A program made the translations under genes and the position numbers. The notes beneath the pieces were generated by a model, which worked only from the letters and a program-made list of their open reading frames with translations, had not been told where the DNA came from and did no database searches. Source: a virus (taxonomy: Duplodnaviria > Heunggongvirae > Uroviricota > Caudoviricetes). Taken from it: a DNA stretch of 64,000 nt. Location: the IMG/VR virus record IMGVR_UViG_3300028888_001839, positions 185,001 through 249,000 of that record, one strand, 5' to 3'. Positions 47,108-57,238 of this stretch are shown here, piece by piece (the first letter of the stretch is position 1; every line of letters starts with the position of its first letter).

Positions 47108-47974
47108 ATGGCTTTTGTTAATCCAGATTCAGGTCCATATCTGTCGCATCTCACGATGAAGAACACCACTTATACAATTAAGGATAAGTGGGCAAGGGAA
47201 GAAATCGCTGAAATAGAGGCTGCGATTGCAGGAGGGGTCAGGTTTAGAGGTGTATTGGCTTCAGGGGCTTCAATCACAGAGGGAGAATCAGTAAAAGACC
47301 TTGATGTGGTAGATGGCTCTTCTACAAAGACCATAACAGCCGCCCAACAGACGGACGGAGATTTATTCATATACAATAACGGCACGAGCAATCTTGAATT
47401 CATAGTCAGCAATGGAACTTATTCTGAGCTTGGTTCGACAGGAAGCCTAGGGACATTCGCATTTGCAGATTCAGGTTCTGGTTCGTGTGAAGTCCCCATC
47501 TCGTCTGCGATTACTTTTAATCCATTAACTCCAAACGTTACAAAGGGTACTCTTGACATAACATATCAGTCTGGCTCTACCTCTATTACGACAACACCGA
47601 CAACGGCTTCTGGGTCTTTTTCACCTGCGGCGATAACGATAGCAGCCTCGTCAGTGACGATAACTCCAACGAAAGCTTCATTTACAGCCCTAACGGGAGT
47701 AACTTATAATTCTGAGACAGCCACTTTAACAATAACGGATGGAACATCTGATGAATACTGGACTGGATATTCGGCTGCTCAGGCGGCTTCTCAAATGGTA
47801 ACTCCAGCAGCAAACCAGACAATTAGCGTGACATACGACAAAGTGAACTCGGCTTCTATTTCTACTATAACTGGAGTTAGTCTGATAGGGGACATATCTG
47901 TTACCGCATCTACTCCGACTGCGACGATAACTAACCCAACAATAACGGTCACGGTTTCGCCTGTGTCTAGCTAG
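47108..47974 (+). CDS. Ser/Thr-rich fibre-like structural protein
   Basis: 288 aa, very T/S-rich C-terminal two thirds (TPTTASGSFSPAAITIAASSVTITPT...). Confidence 0.45.
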   Translation: MAFVNPDSGPYLSHLTMKNTTYTIKDKWAREEIAEIEAAIAGGVRFRGVLASGASITEGESVKDLDVVDGSSTKTITAAQQTDGDLFIYNNGTSNLEFIVSNGTYSELGSTGSLGTFAFADSGSGSCEVPISSAITFNPLTPNVTKGTLDITYQSGSTSITTTPTTASGSFSPAAITIAASSVTITPTKASFTALTGVTYNSETATLTITDGTSDEYWTGYSAAQAASQMVTPAANQTISVTYDKVNSASISTITGVSLIGDISVTASTPTATITNPTITVTVSPVSS

Positions 47975-48220
47975 TGGAAGAATAAAACCAAAGAAAGGAC
48001 ATTTTCGGAATGGCTAGGAAGATAGTCAGGCGGGAAGCATCTAAGAGAGATACTATCCCTAATGTCAATTTTCTTACAATAGGAGGATTGACTGTATCTT
48101 TAGGTGATATTAGGAAATCAGACTTTTCTTCCATAAGGAACCCAAAGGCATCTGTCAAGAGCTGCCAAGACACATTGATTGCGATACTGGACGTGCTTAG
48201 AGGATTTTCGGAGACGTAAG

Positions 48221-49558
48221 ATGTCAAAGTTTTTAGTAAAATCTATATTCTTGGTAGTATTGTTTTCGAAGGGCACCACAATGCTTTTTGGTGGACTTGT
48301 AGATACGGAAGGGAATGTGGCAACGAACCAGACTCTCCTTGGGGACATAGACATGGGGGTCGGGACTTTAGGTGACTTGTCAACGTTTATCGCTCCTTAC
48401 TATTGGAATGTGTCTAATGCCGCAATGACAGCGGAATCGAAGATTTCGACGGAATCTCAGAACAGCACCAACTTCACTATGTTTGTAATAGGGAAGTTTG
48501 CAGAGACGGGAACTGTAGCAAATGCTACTTATGCAACAGAAGCAGGAAGTGCTAGGGATGCATCTACTGCGGGGACGGCAAATTTTCTTGCAAGTAAAGA
48601 CGATGGGGCTGAGCAATACGATGCAACAGACCTGATTAGAGAATCGACAAATGCGGCAAACCATTCTGTATCGGAATTTGCAAGGACCAACTCGGTTCTT
48701 TCGGGAGGACCCTATCTGACGGAGCATCAGTCTTTAGAGCCGTCTACAAACTATACTGACTATGCGGTTATAGAACTTGCACGGACAAATTCTGTTCTTG
48801 CTAACGGTCCGTATGTGCAGTCTGCCAGCATGACCAATACGGTCAGGGACATCGTTACCAATACGGTGACAATCGGCTATACGGATTGGGTATATAGCGG
48901 AAACACGACTGTAGGAGTTACCTATACGATAAACGTGACTGAAAGCGGTTCTGACTATGTGTTTACGCTATACAATCCTTCCGAGATTGGGTCTGTGACT
49001 ACTAATATCCTCCACCCTACAAGGCTAGAATTTACTGGAGTTGGAATCATTGCAGAATGTACACCAATTATACGAAACGTCAATGGGCTTGCAATGTATT
49101 CTGATGTACAGGCTTTGGAGACTAAGATAGACACGATGGATACGTCTTACTATCGTGTTGTCGGGATAACAAACAAGAACCAGTCCGTGCAGTTCGTAGA
49201 GACGGATGCCAATACAACCTCCCTTCAAATTCTTATGCCTGAAAGCGGCATGACAAAAGACTGGCTTGTTTATGTTAAGGCACTGACAAATCTGACGCTA
49301 GTTCTGCCGCCAGCGGACTATTGGGTTGTCAACGAATCAGTCACCAACGAGATTCCTCCGCTAGTTCCTACCGCATTGTACTTCTCGCAGATTTCAGACA
49401 ACACGTATAGCATCGGCAGACAGGAACTGATACCAATAACGGTTCTCTCACAGAGGGAAATAGAGAATCAATTAATAAGGGCGAAGATGAGGAAGGCGGG
49501 GTTGGCTTCTAGGAATGCAAAGAGAACAGTCACGACTTCAAAAGGCATAGTGAAGTAA
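48221..49558 (+). CDS. putative tail fibre / structural protein
   Basis: 445 aa, N-terminal hydrophobic segment, T/N/S-rich. Confidence 0.45.
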   Translation: MSKFLVKSIFLVVLFSKGTTMLFGGLVDTEGNVATNQTLLGDIDMGVGTLGDLSTFIAPYYWNVSNAAMTAESKISTESQNSTNFTMFVIGKFAETGTVANATYATEAGSARDASTAGTANFLASKDDGAEQYDATDLIRESTNAANHSVSEFARTNSVLSGGPYLTEHQSLEPSTNYTDYAVIELARTNSVLANGPYVQSASMTNTVRDIVTNTVTIGYTDWVYSGNTTVGVTYTINVTESGSDYVFTLYNPSEIGSVTTNILHPTRLEFTGVGIIAECTPIIRNVNGLAMYSDVQALETKIDTMDTSYYRVVGITNKNQSVQFVETDANTTSLQILMPESGMTKDWLVYVKALTNLTLVLPPADYWVVNESVTNEIPPLVPTALYFSQISDNTYSIGRQELIPITVLSQREIENQLIRAKMRKAGLASRNAKRTVTTSKGIVK

Positions 49559-50340
49559 TGGCAAATGAAAGTTGCACAAGACGGCAGATGATGACTGGAT
49601 GTATGGCGGCGGTAGGATATGGTCTTGCCGCAAAGGCATCTTTAATACATTCTAACATTGGGGCAAGGCATCTTTTACATGAGTATGTTCCAATGGATGA
49701 GATGGTAGAGGTAGATTGGATAGCTTCTGATGGAGAGGCTTGGATAGATACTGGTTTTGTCCCTTATAACGGGTTCTATCCGTTCTCTATGGAGTGTGTA
49801 CTGGGTACTAGGTTTGTTAACACTCCTTTCTTTGGATGCAGTAGTTCAAGCGAAATTAGTAATTGGATTGATTCAAAAACGTTGATTTTTGGGTTTGGGA
49901 TGGCTCGCAATGACCGCAGGTATGCATGCAAGTCAAAGGTTCAGAGAAATTGGGTGTGCTGGGGAACGTCTTATACTGGAAACGAGTATTATGATGGTGA
50001 GATGCATGAGGTGGATGTCAATGCGGACAGCGGGGCTGGATCCTCTGATGGGTATAGTCTTTATGTGGATGATGTCAAGATTCCACTGCAAGTGATATAT
50101 TTGGGGTCTCAAGTCACCACTAATTCTGAATCTCTAGGTTTGTTTTGTACTAAAGCTGATGGTAAAGCATGTCAAGTGACAGACCCCTCTGTGGGATTCA
50201 AATTGCGCACTTTTGCCATAGGGAATGTTTTATTGAAGGCTGTCCGCATTGGAGATTTCGGGTTCATGTACGATGTCAACAGCGGCAATCTCTTTGGAAA
50301 TAACGGAGGTGGACGAATTCTTTTTGGTCCAGACTTGTGA
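49558..50340 (+). CDS. hypothetical secreted protein
   Basis: 260 aa, N-terminal hydrophobic segment; lacks the LamG C-terminal motif of the downstream family. Confidence 0.45.
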   Translation: MANESCTRRQMMTGCMAAVGYGLAAKASLIHSNIGARHLLHEYVPMDEMVEVDWIASDGEAWIDTGFVPYNGFYPFSMECVLGTRFVNTPFFGCSSSSEISNWIDSKTLIFGFGMARNDRRYACKSKVQRNWVCWGTSYTGNEYYDGEMHEVDVNADSGAGSSDGYSLYVDDVKIPLQVIYLGSQVTTNSESLGLFCTKADGKACQVTDPSVGFKLRTFAIGNVLLKAVRIGDFGFMYDVNSGNLFGNNGGGRILFGPDL

Positions 50341-50348
50341 GGGACGAT

Positions 50349-51173
50349 ATGCGGATAACCATAGCCATATTTGCGGCACTTGTGCTGACATGCTTCTCCA
50401 AGCCAATCTCATCTTCTGTTGGGGCACGTCATGTGTTCGCGGCAGAAGCGAATGAGAAGACCTATACTGCGGCGGACTATGTGCAAGATGGACTCATATG
50501 CATGTGGGATGCCATAGAGAATGCAGGATGGAAGACGCATAGTCCAGATGCATCAGCATGGATGAACTTAGCCGATGGCAGGCAGTTCAACATTATCAAG
50601 AATACTGATTCAGACTATGCTTGGACAGATGTCTCATTCGTAAGGACAGCTGTATCGTATGGATATTTTCTTGCAGACTACACAGATGAGCTGCAGCAAC
50701 CAGTAAGAGACGGAACATTTACTTTTGAGATTGTGACATCATCGCCAGTACAGTCTTCGAATTGGCAGACTCAAGTCATCAACATTTGCCAAGCCAAAGA
50801 TGTATCATTATATAGCAGAGCAATATGTTGTCTATATAGGAGAGAAGACAATGGGCGAATTGATTGTCCATCACTCTCTACATACTGGGCCTCTAATATG
50901 TTTGCTGGCTATTATGCTCCAACACGTGAAGCTCTAGTTACTGCTGCCATCAGCCTTGATGGCAAGAACATGTACTGCTATGCAAATGGAGAACTGATTC
51001 GGCCTCCTTCGTTTACTCCAAACCAGGATTTGGAAGGAATAATAGTAAGGCTTGGATCTACGGCATATGGGTTTAGAGGCTCTTACCACTGTCTGAGAGT
51101 CTACAACAGGCCATTGAGCGCAAGCGAGATAAAGAAGAACTACAAGATTGACAAAGAAAGGTTCGGGCTATGA
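50349..51173 (+). CDS. secreted LamG/ConA-like jellyroll protein, family member 1
   Basis: Signal peptide; N-motif DYVQDGLICMWDAIENAGW; C-motif CLRVYNRPLSASEIKKNYKIDKERFGL (LamG_3-type signature). Confidence 0.6.
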   Translation: MRITIAIFAALVLTCFSKPISSSVGARHVFAAEANEKTYTAADYVQDGLICMWDAIENAGWKTHSPDASAWMNLADGRQFNIIKNTDSDYAWTDVSFVRTAVSYGYFLADYTDELQQPVRDGTFTFEIVTSSPVQSSNWQTQVINICQAKDVSLYSRAICCLYRREDNGRIDCPSLSTYWASNMFAGYYAPTREALVTAAISLDGKNMYCYANGELIRPPSFTPNQDLEGIIVRLGSTAYGFRGSYHCLRVYNRPLSASEIKKNYKIDKERFGL

Positions 51174-51838
51174 GGAACGGATTCGCATTCTCTATCTTGT
51201 TTTCTTCTTTAGCAATCATCGGCGGATGTTGCAATTGTAAGGGGAAAATAGAATACAAGTATTTTCATGATGCAAACCTCGTGGCATTTTATGATACAAC
51301 TGGAAAGCAAGTAGGAGTAGCAAGAATGTTAAAGAACAAAAATTACTGTAAGCCTACAGAAGACCATCGGGGCATAGAGTATGCGCCTGTGATTCTTCCC
51401 AAAACAATGGGTGCGCCTACGGAAGACGATTATAACGAGGGGGGATGGTTCCGCAATGCGATACAGCCGCCTTCCCCGCCAGAGGGGCAGTATGTCGCAT
51501 CTACGTCGTATTGGTATGACGAAGAAGAGAATGCCATTGTTGCCAGATACGACTATGACGACATACAGTATGGGATAGATGACTTTGATGCCGCCATGGA
51601 AGAACATCTGAGGGTGGAAAGGGAAGCACGAGGATATACGACTAGAGAGCCTGATTCTTATTTGACTTCTAATCACCCAAGATGGAAGAGAGATGCGGAA
51701 GACTGGGTGGCTCACCGTGATGCGGTCATGGAGTATGCGTTGCAGCTGATAAACGACGTGCAGCAAGGGCTTAGACCTCCGCCCACGATGGATGAGTTCA
51801 AGGCGGGGCTTCCTGTTATACATTGGAGCATTGAATAG
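51170..51838 (+). CDS. hypothetical lipoprotein-like protein
   Basis: N-terminal SILFSSLAIIGGCC. Confidence 0.4.
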   Translation: MRNGFAFSILFSSLAIIGGCCNCKGKIEYKYFHDANLVAFYDTTGKQVGVARMLKNKNYCKPTEDHRGIEYAPVILPKTMGAPTEDDYNEGGWFRNAIQPPSPPEGQYVASTSYWYDEEENAIVARYDYDDIQYGIDDFDAAMEEHLRVEREARGYTTREPDSYLTSNHPRWKRDAEDWVAHRDAVMEYALQLINDVQQGLRPPPTMDEFKAGLPVIHWSIE

Positions 51839-51851
51839 ACGGAGAACAGAA

Positions 51852-52562
51852 GCCATGCATAGGAGAGAGTTTATTGCTGGAATGATTTCCTCCTTGGCGG
51901 GGACGGCGGCAGTTGCAGATGCCGCTCGGTCTGCCATAGGTGCGAGGAACGTGTCATTGTCTGGAGGAAGCGGAGCTGATGCGGAAGCCAAGCTCCAGAA
52001 CTGGTTGGATTTCTTTGCGAACGGGTATTTGATGACACAGTTTGAGGATGATTCTATTGTAGAACTTGGCGTGCCTCTGTTCCAAGCAAATGCAGGTATG
52101 TCTCATATTTCTATTCTATTTTCCAGTCTCAAGAGGGTTCTGGCTAGAAACGTGTTTTATGGTAGCAGAATAGTAAGTTTGTCATGTCCGATGCTGACGG
52201 AAGTATATGGAATGCAACAATTTCAGGGATCGTCGTACTTAGAAACCTTAGATTTCCCATCTTTAGCCTACATAGAAAATTTTAGTTGGTGGTTTTGGAA
52301 TTGTCCAAGACTAAAAGCCATTAATTTAGGGCAAGTAACAGAAATTCATGGTGCATCGAATGTCTCTTTTGGGCAAGTTGATTCTGCTTTAGAGGATGTA
52401 TATCTTCTCGCAATGAATACTTCAACATTACTCTCTTATACGGGGATGCTAACTCCCGCGACAACGGGCAATTATACACCGCATCAGATAGTGTTCCATT
52501 GCGCCGATGGGAACGTTGTGTGGAGCGACGATGCTAACAACTGGGTTAAGATACAAGTTTAA
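51852..52562 (+). CDS. hypothetical secreted protein (possible Tat signal)
   Basis: MHRREFIAGMISSLAGTAAVADA N-terminus. Confidence 0.4.
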   Translation, partial: AMHRREFIAGMISSLAGTAAVADAARSAIGARNVSLSGGSGADAEAKLQNWLDFFANGYLMTQFEDDSIVELGVPLFQANAGMSHISILFSSLKRVLARNVFYGSRIVSLSCPMLTEVYGMQQFQGSSYLETLDFPSLAYIENFSWWFWNCPRLKAINLGQVTEIHGASNVSFGQVDSALEDVYLLAMNTSTLLSYTGMLTPATTGNYTPHQIVFHCADGNVVWSDDANNWVKIQV

Positions 52563-52581
52563 CTAGAAGGAGAGTTTAGGC

Positions 52582-53358
52582 ATGAGGCTTTCCATATCTC
52601 TCATGATCGCATGTGTTGCCCTATTTGCAATGGGATATGTAGAGAGGGCAATCGTTGCCGCAAGGCAGGCTTCATTCTGGAACCATTCAAATGAATACAT
52701 ACCTGCTAGTGAATATGTTCGGGACGGGTTGCATACGATGTTCGACGCTATAGAGAACGTAGGTGCGGGCGTTCACGATTCTTCTTCTCTATTATGGGTA
52801 GACCTTATAGGCGGTCTTGAAATGGAGATGTCGGCTGCGGCATGGACAGATTCCTCGTATTCGTGTGCAGGAGTAAATAGTGGACACGTCTATTGGAAGA
52901 CGATGCCAGAGTATCCATACTATCCAAAATACATGACTATAGAAGTAGTGTTCAAAAATTGCTCTGGGAATGTGTTTGGAAGAAATTCTCTTGCCTTTGG
53001 AGGACGGGAGTATCAGCGAATGAATATCGTCAGAAGTACCATTGGCAATGTCTGGGCCATGTCTTACCAAAAAGACGGATTCATTTTCGAGGATGCAGGA
53101 ACGATTTCTGCCTTGTTTCAAGATACTTCTTCTGCTTCGGAGAGGATTATATTCGTAAATGGAACACTAGCAGAGACAACAGATGCTTACAAGGAGGGTT
53201 TCGGTATCTCTGGTGTTCAGGCAATTTCTGTTAATCCTAGAGGTGATTACCCGTTCAACGGCGAAATCTGCTGCATAAGGCTATATACGAGGAGACTGGA
53301 TGCGGAAGAGGTCGTCAGAAATGCTGAAATAGACAAGGCGAGGTTTTCGTTGCCATGA
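52582..53358 (+). CDS. secreted LamG-like protein, family member 2
   Basis: SEYVRDGLHTMFDAIENVG ... CCIRLYTRRLDAEEVVRNAEIDKARFSLP. Confidence 0.6.
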   Translation: MRLSISLMIACVALFAMGYVERAIVAARQASFWNHSNEYIPASEYVRDGLHTMFDAIENVGAGVHDSSSLLWVDLIGGLEMEMSAAAWTDSSYSCAGVNSGHVYWKTMPEYPYYPKYMTIEVVFKNCSGNVFGRNSLAFGGREYQRMNIVRSTIGNVWAMSYQKDGFIFEDAGTISALFQDTSSASERIIFVNGTLAETTDAYKEGFGISGVQAISVNPRGDYPFNGEICCIRLYTRRLDAEEVVRNAEIDKARFSLP

Positions 53359-54086
53359 AACAAGCAGTAATTTTTATTCTATCTGTAATCTGCATGGCTT
53401 CCGTTGCTAGACAGATAAAGTCAGCATCGGCGGCCAGGAAGGCTATTTCAGCCATCGATTGTGAAAGAGATGAGATTCCCTATGTCACGTCTGGACTAAT
53501 TGCGATGTGGGATGGCGAATGGAATGCTGGAATTGGGCAACACGATTCAGATGCAATAATTTGGAAAGACCTTGTTGGAGATTTCGACTTGGTAATATAT
53601 GGGTCTGTGTTTCATAATTTCATAAGGAACTCTAACACCTCAGCAGCTGAAGCTACTGGAACGATTGAAGGGATAGGCACGATAGAGGTATGTTATCGGT
53701 ATTCAGGTTCAAAGAATTCATCTTATGGACTATTGTTCTATTCAGGACCGATAAATGCCACGCGCCTTGGGCTGGTTTTATATCTAGATGGATTCCAGAC
53801 TTTCTCAAATGTATATTGGAAATACTCAGATGTGCGGTCTCATTCTTTGATGACGATATCAGCCACCAAAGAATTGTGTTATGTAGATGGTACTCCTCTA
53901 GATCCAATATCACGTGCAACAGACCAGTGGAACAACTACGGGCATGTCGGAATTGGAGGAAGAGCATGGCAAAACACATGGCAGACATACGGTGATTGGC
54001 ATTGCATTAGGATATACAATCGTACTCTTTCAGAAGAAGAGATAGCTTTTAATTCTTCTATAGACAAAGAAAGGTTCGGTCCATGA
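53355..54086 (+). CDS. secreted LamG-like protein, family member 3
   Basis: PYVTSGLIAMWDGEWNAG ... CIRIYNRTLSEEEIAFNSSIDKERFGP. Confidence 0.6.
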   Translation: MKQAVIFILSVICMASVARQIKSASAARKAISAIDCERDEIPYVTSGLIAMWDGEWNAGIGQHDSDAIIWKDLVGDFDLVIYGSVFHNFIRNSNTSAAEATGTIEGIGTIEVCYRYSGSKNSSYGLLFYSGPINATRLGLVLYLDGFQTFSNVYWKYSDVRSHSLMTISATKELCYVDGTPLDPISRATDQWNNYGHVGIGGRAWQNTWQTYGDWHCIRIYNRTLSEEEIAFNSSIDKERFGP

Positions 54087-54913
54087 GAATGGAATTTTTT
54101 ATAGCCTCATTCCTTTTGATGGGGATATGTTTTGGTAGTCCGACCCGCTCTTCTATAGGAGCAGTTCATTCAAGGTTCTCTTCTGTTGCCGAAGAAAGTG
54201 TTTCTGCTAAGGATTACGTTCAAGACGGGTTAGTTGCAATGTGGGACGGCATCTGGAACGCCGGATGGGGTCGGCATAACGATCATGCAAAAATCTGGAA
54301 GAACTTGATGGAGGATTCAAGACTAGATTTTATCATTGATGGAATGGTTGTAGGAGATAATTTTGTCAACTCGAATCGTTTGGCAAGTGAAACTGATGCA
54401 ATACTTCCACAGACTGACTTCACAATAGAAGTCGTTGGTTGCAACTCTGATGTGATCGGCGCGAATAACCAGAACACGCCATTGTTAGCATATGGCGCCG
54501 CTGGCAACAACCAATTTGGGTTTGGCTTCACACGTTCATGGGCAATGATGCTCTTCTACTCCTATGGGACGACTGACGGAAAAAATGATGCTTGGGCATA
54601 TGGACAAGCATATGAAGAAGATTCTTTCAGTATTCCACGTAGTTGGAGTGGTCAAAGCGCTATGTCTGGCGGGCGCCTATTCTACAAGAATGGTGTTAGA
54701 TTTGTGAATGATTCTTGGCGTCCTCGTCAAGGAACATACTATCCATCTGATGCTAATTCTTTGAAAATTGGATATGGTGAAGAAGCTGACATGTCGCGAG
54801 CAGGTGCTAGTGGAAAACGAACTTACTATTGCATCAGGTTCTACAACAGGTGTCTTTTGGATGACGAAGTGAAGTACAATTGCAGCATAGATGAAGAAAG
54901 GTTTGGGCTGTAA
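54083..54913 (+). CDS. secreted LamG-like protein, family member 4
   Basis: DYVQDGLVAMWDGIWNAGWG ... CIRFYNRCLLDDEVKYNCSIDEERFGL. Confidence 0.6.
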   Translation: MRMEFFIASFLLMGICFGSPTRSSIGAVHSRFSSVAEESVSAKDYVQDGLVAMWDGIWNAGWGRHNDHAKIWKNLMEDSRLDFIIDGMVVGDNFVNSNRLASETDAILPQTDFTIEVVGCNSDVIGANNQNTPLLAYGAAGNNQFGFGFTRSWAMMLFYSYGTTDGKNDAWAYGQAYEEDSFSIPRSWSGQSAMSGGRLFYKNGVRFVNDSWRPRQGTYYPSDANSLKIGYGEEADMSRAGASGKRTYYCIRFYNRCLLDDEVKYNCSIDEERFGL

Positions 54914-54915
54914 GG

Positions 54916-55683
54916 ATGACGAGACGAGACTTCATAAAATTGAGCATTCCCTTCGCCTTGCCAAGCGGGACGGCAGACGGGGCATTAACACGGTCGCTGA
55001 TAGGCGGCAACTTGATAGGCAGGGGTGCGGCTTATGTCCCTTCCGAATATTCGGCGATAGACTATGTGCAGGACGGGCTCATCGCAATGTGGGATGGCAT
55101 CGAGAACGCAGGGTGGGGGACTCACGACCCGAACGCGACGACGTGGAAGAATTTAGTAGGGAAAAATTACGATATAAACTGCGGCAACACGGGCTACTTT
55201 TCGGGCGATGCTTTTATTTTTACCGGAGCCGCAGGAACTATTCAAAATTGGGAAATTGGCAGCGAAAGCATTGGGAATTTGTCCGTCTGTGGACTTTCTG
55301 AACTCAATTCGTTTTTCGCTTTTACATCGAGTCGGTATTGCGGCAGAATGTTTGCAATTCTTCCGACGAGTAATAGAGGTTTCCAATTCCAGACAGGTCA
55401 TGCCGCTATGTTCCAGGACTGGTACTCTGATCCGTGGAGTGTCGCGGCGAATTACGACACAAGACTGTCAGACACGTTCTACAACGGCGAGCTGAAACCC
55501 CATACAGCCGGAACTTCCACATGGGCTTCTTCGTCTTATGGCGCATATATTGGTCATTATGGCGCCAGCCAATATCCATACAGAGGCAGAATCTACAACC
55601 TCCGCCTCTACTCCCGCGCCCTCACCGCCGCCGAAATCGCGGCCAACTACGCAATCGACAAAGCGAGGTTCAATTTACCATGA
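54916..55683 (+). CDS. secreted LamG-like protein, family member 5
   Basis: DYVQDGLIAMWDGIENAGWG ... NLRLYSRALTAAEIAANYAIDKARFNLP. Confidence 0.6.
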   Translation: MTRRDFIKLSIPFALPSGTADGALTRSLIGGNLIGRGAAYVPSEYSAIDYVQDGLIAMWDGIENAGWGTHDPNATTWKNLVGKNYDINCGNTGYFSGDAFIFTGAAGTIQNWEIGSESIGNLSVCGLSELNSFFAFTSSRYCGRMFAILPTSNRGFQFQTGHAAMFQDWYSDPWSVAANYDTRLSDTFYNGELKPHTAGTSTWASSSYGAYIGHYGASQYPYRGRIYNLRLYSRALTAAEIAANYAIDKARFNLP

Positions 55684-56435
55684 AATACAAACTCATTGCT
55701 ATATCGTTCATGATGCTAATCCTTTCATGCCTTGCCAACGTTGTAAGGTCTGTCAATGGCGCGGTTCATTCAAGGTTCTCTTCTGTTGTCGAGGAAAGCG
55801 TGACAGCGAAGGACTACATACAGAACGGTCTGATTGGACATTGGGATGGCATTGAAAATGTTGGATACGGAAGACATGACAGTGATTCAAGTGAATGGAT
55901 AGACCTAACTGGGTCTGGAAACAACATGACGCTAACTAAAGGCGCTTATTTTTTAGAAAACCGTTTTGAGACGGGCACGGCAAATTCCCCATTTGCAAAG
56001 GTAAATGAACTCGTCAGGCTACCAATATATTCCGTTGAGTTCATTGTTGACGCATCTCGGACGTCAGGTTTTCAACTGTTCGGGAAGTGTTCTTCTTCTA
56101 AAACGAAAATATTTTGGTTTGGCATAAGGGCTAATGATACAATAAATTTTTGGAGCAATGGAGATTGCATGCAGGGAACTAGAAAAGGTATAAATAGTTA
56201 TGCTGTGTCAATCGAAGGAAATTTTGTTAGGTTATTCATGAATGGGGAAGAGATGCCTAATCTCGGGCCAGGACTGACTGGAGTAAACGAAGCAAATATA
56301 ACGATTGGAATTGGTTCAGGAGTATCATATCGTGATTATTCAATCTATTCGATTAGGTTATACTCTCGTCCTTTGTCACCAGATGAGATTGCACTTAATC
56401 ACTCAATTGATCAAATAAGGTTCAATGTGCCATGA
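55680..56435 (+). CDS. secreted LamG-like protein, family member 6
   Basis: ATG overlapping the upstream stop; DYIQNGLIGHWDGIENVGYG ... SIRLYSRPLSPDEIALNHSIDQIRFNVP. Confidence 0.6.
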   Translation: MKYKLIAISFMMLILSCLANVVRSVNGAVHSRFSSVVEESVTAKDYIQNGLIGHWDGIENVGYGRHDSDSSEWIDLTGSGNNMTLTKGAYFLENRFETGTANSPFAKVNELVRLPIYSVEFIVDASRTSGFQLFGKCSSSKTKIFWFGIRANDTINFWSNGDCMQGTRKGINSYAVSIEGNFVRLFMNGEEMPNLGPGLTGVNEANITIGIGSGVSYRDYSIYSIRLYSRPLSPDEIALNHSIDQIRFNVP

Positions 56436-57238
56436 GAAACATTCTAGCACTAGTTTTCATCGGAGCATCGATAAGCATTTTTGGTTCTCCCGTTCGCTCT
56501 GTTGTTGGGTACAAGCATATTTCAATGTCTAATGGCAGAGGTGAAGTTTCCTATTCCGCGAAGGACTATGTTCAAGACGGTCTGGTAGCCATGTGGGATG
56601 GTATAGAGAATGTGGGATGGGGAATACATGATGCAAATACAACGACATGGATAGACCTTGTAGGGGGAAGGACTTTCTTGCTCACACATGGAGTCGTGAC
56701 GCCGAATGCCGTGTCTGTGTTGGGGCAGATGTCATCGTCTAAAATTTCATACGATACTACGAAAACCTATTCCGTGTTCCATACATGCAAATTTTCCAAC
56801 CCGACACACATGCGAGCAAACGTATTCATGTTATTGACGACATCTACGGCATTTTCCGTTGGGGCGTATTCATTCGATGCGAATGTTCCTGTTAGGTTGT
56901 TTCGCGCTGTCAATTGGAAGAATGTCGTAACTGCTTCAACATGGCCTGACAATGATATTTATGCAGGGCAGTTCGGCATCACCTATTCCGTATTGAAAAG
57001 TGGGGAGTCCCCTAAGAATATAGTTGTGCTATATCTTGATGGAGTGGAAGTGTATAGGCTGGAAGGGGCGGCATCTTCTTTCGGATATGCGCTTGGGGAC
57101 AGCGGCAACTATTATATCGATGTGTCAAGCTCACAACTTGAACAAGAGGTATACAATATCAGGCTGTACGACAGGGAACTTACGTCCGACGAGATTGCGG
57201 CGAACTATGAAATAGACAAAGTGAGGTTCGGGCTATGA
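56432..57238 (+). CDS. secreted LamG-like protein, family member 7
   Basis: DYVQDGLVAMWDGIENVGWG ... NIRLYDRELTSDEIAANYEIDKVRFGL. Confidence 0.6.
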   Translation: MRNILALVFIGASISIFGSPVRSVVGYKHISMSNGRGEVSYSAKDYVQDGLVAMWDGIENVGWGIHDANTTTWIDLVGGRTFLLTHGVVTPNAVSVLGQMSSSKISYDTTKTYSVFHTCKFSNPTHMRANVFMLLTTSTAFSVGAYSFDANVPVRLFRAVNWKNVVTASTWPDNDIYAGQFGITYSVLKSGESPKNIVVLYLDGVEVYRLEGAASSFGYALGDSGNYYIDVSSSQLEQEVYNIRLYDRELTSDEIAANYEIDKVRFGL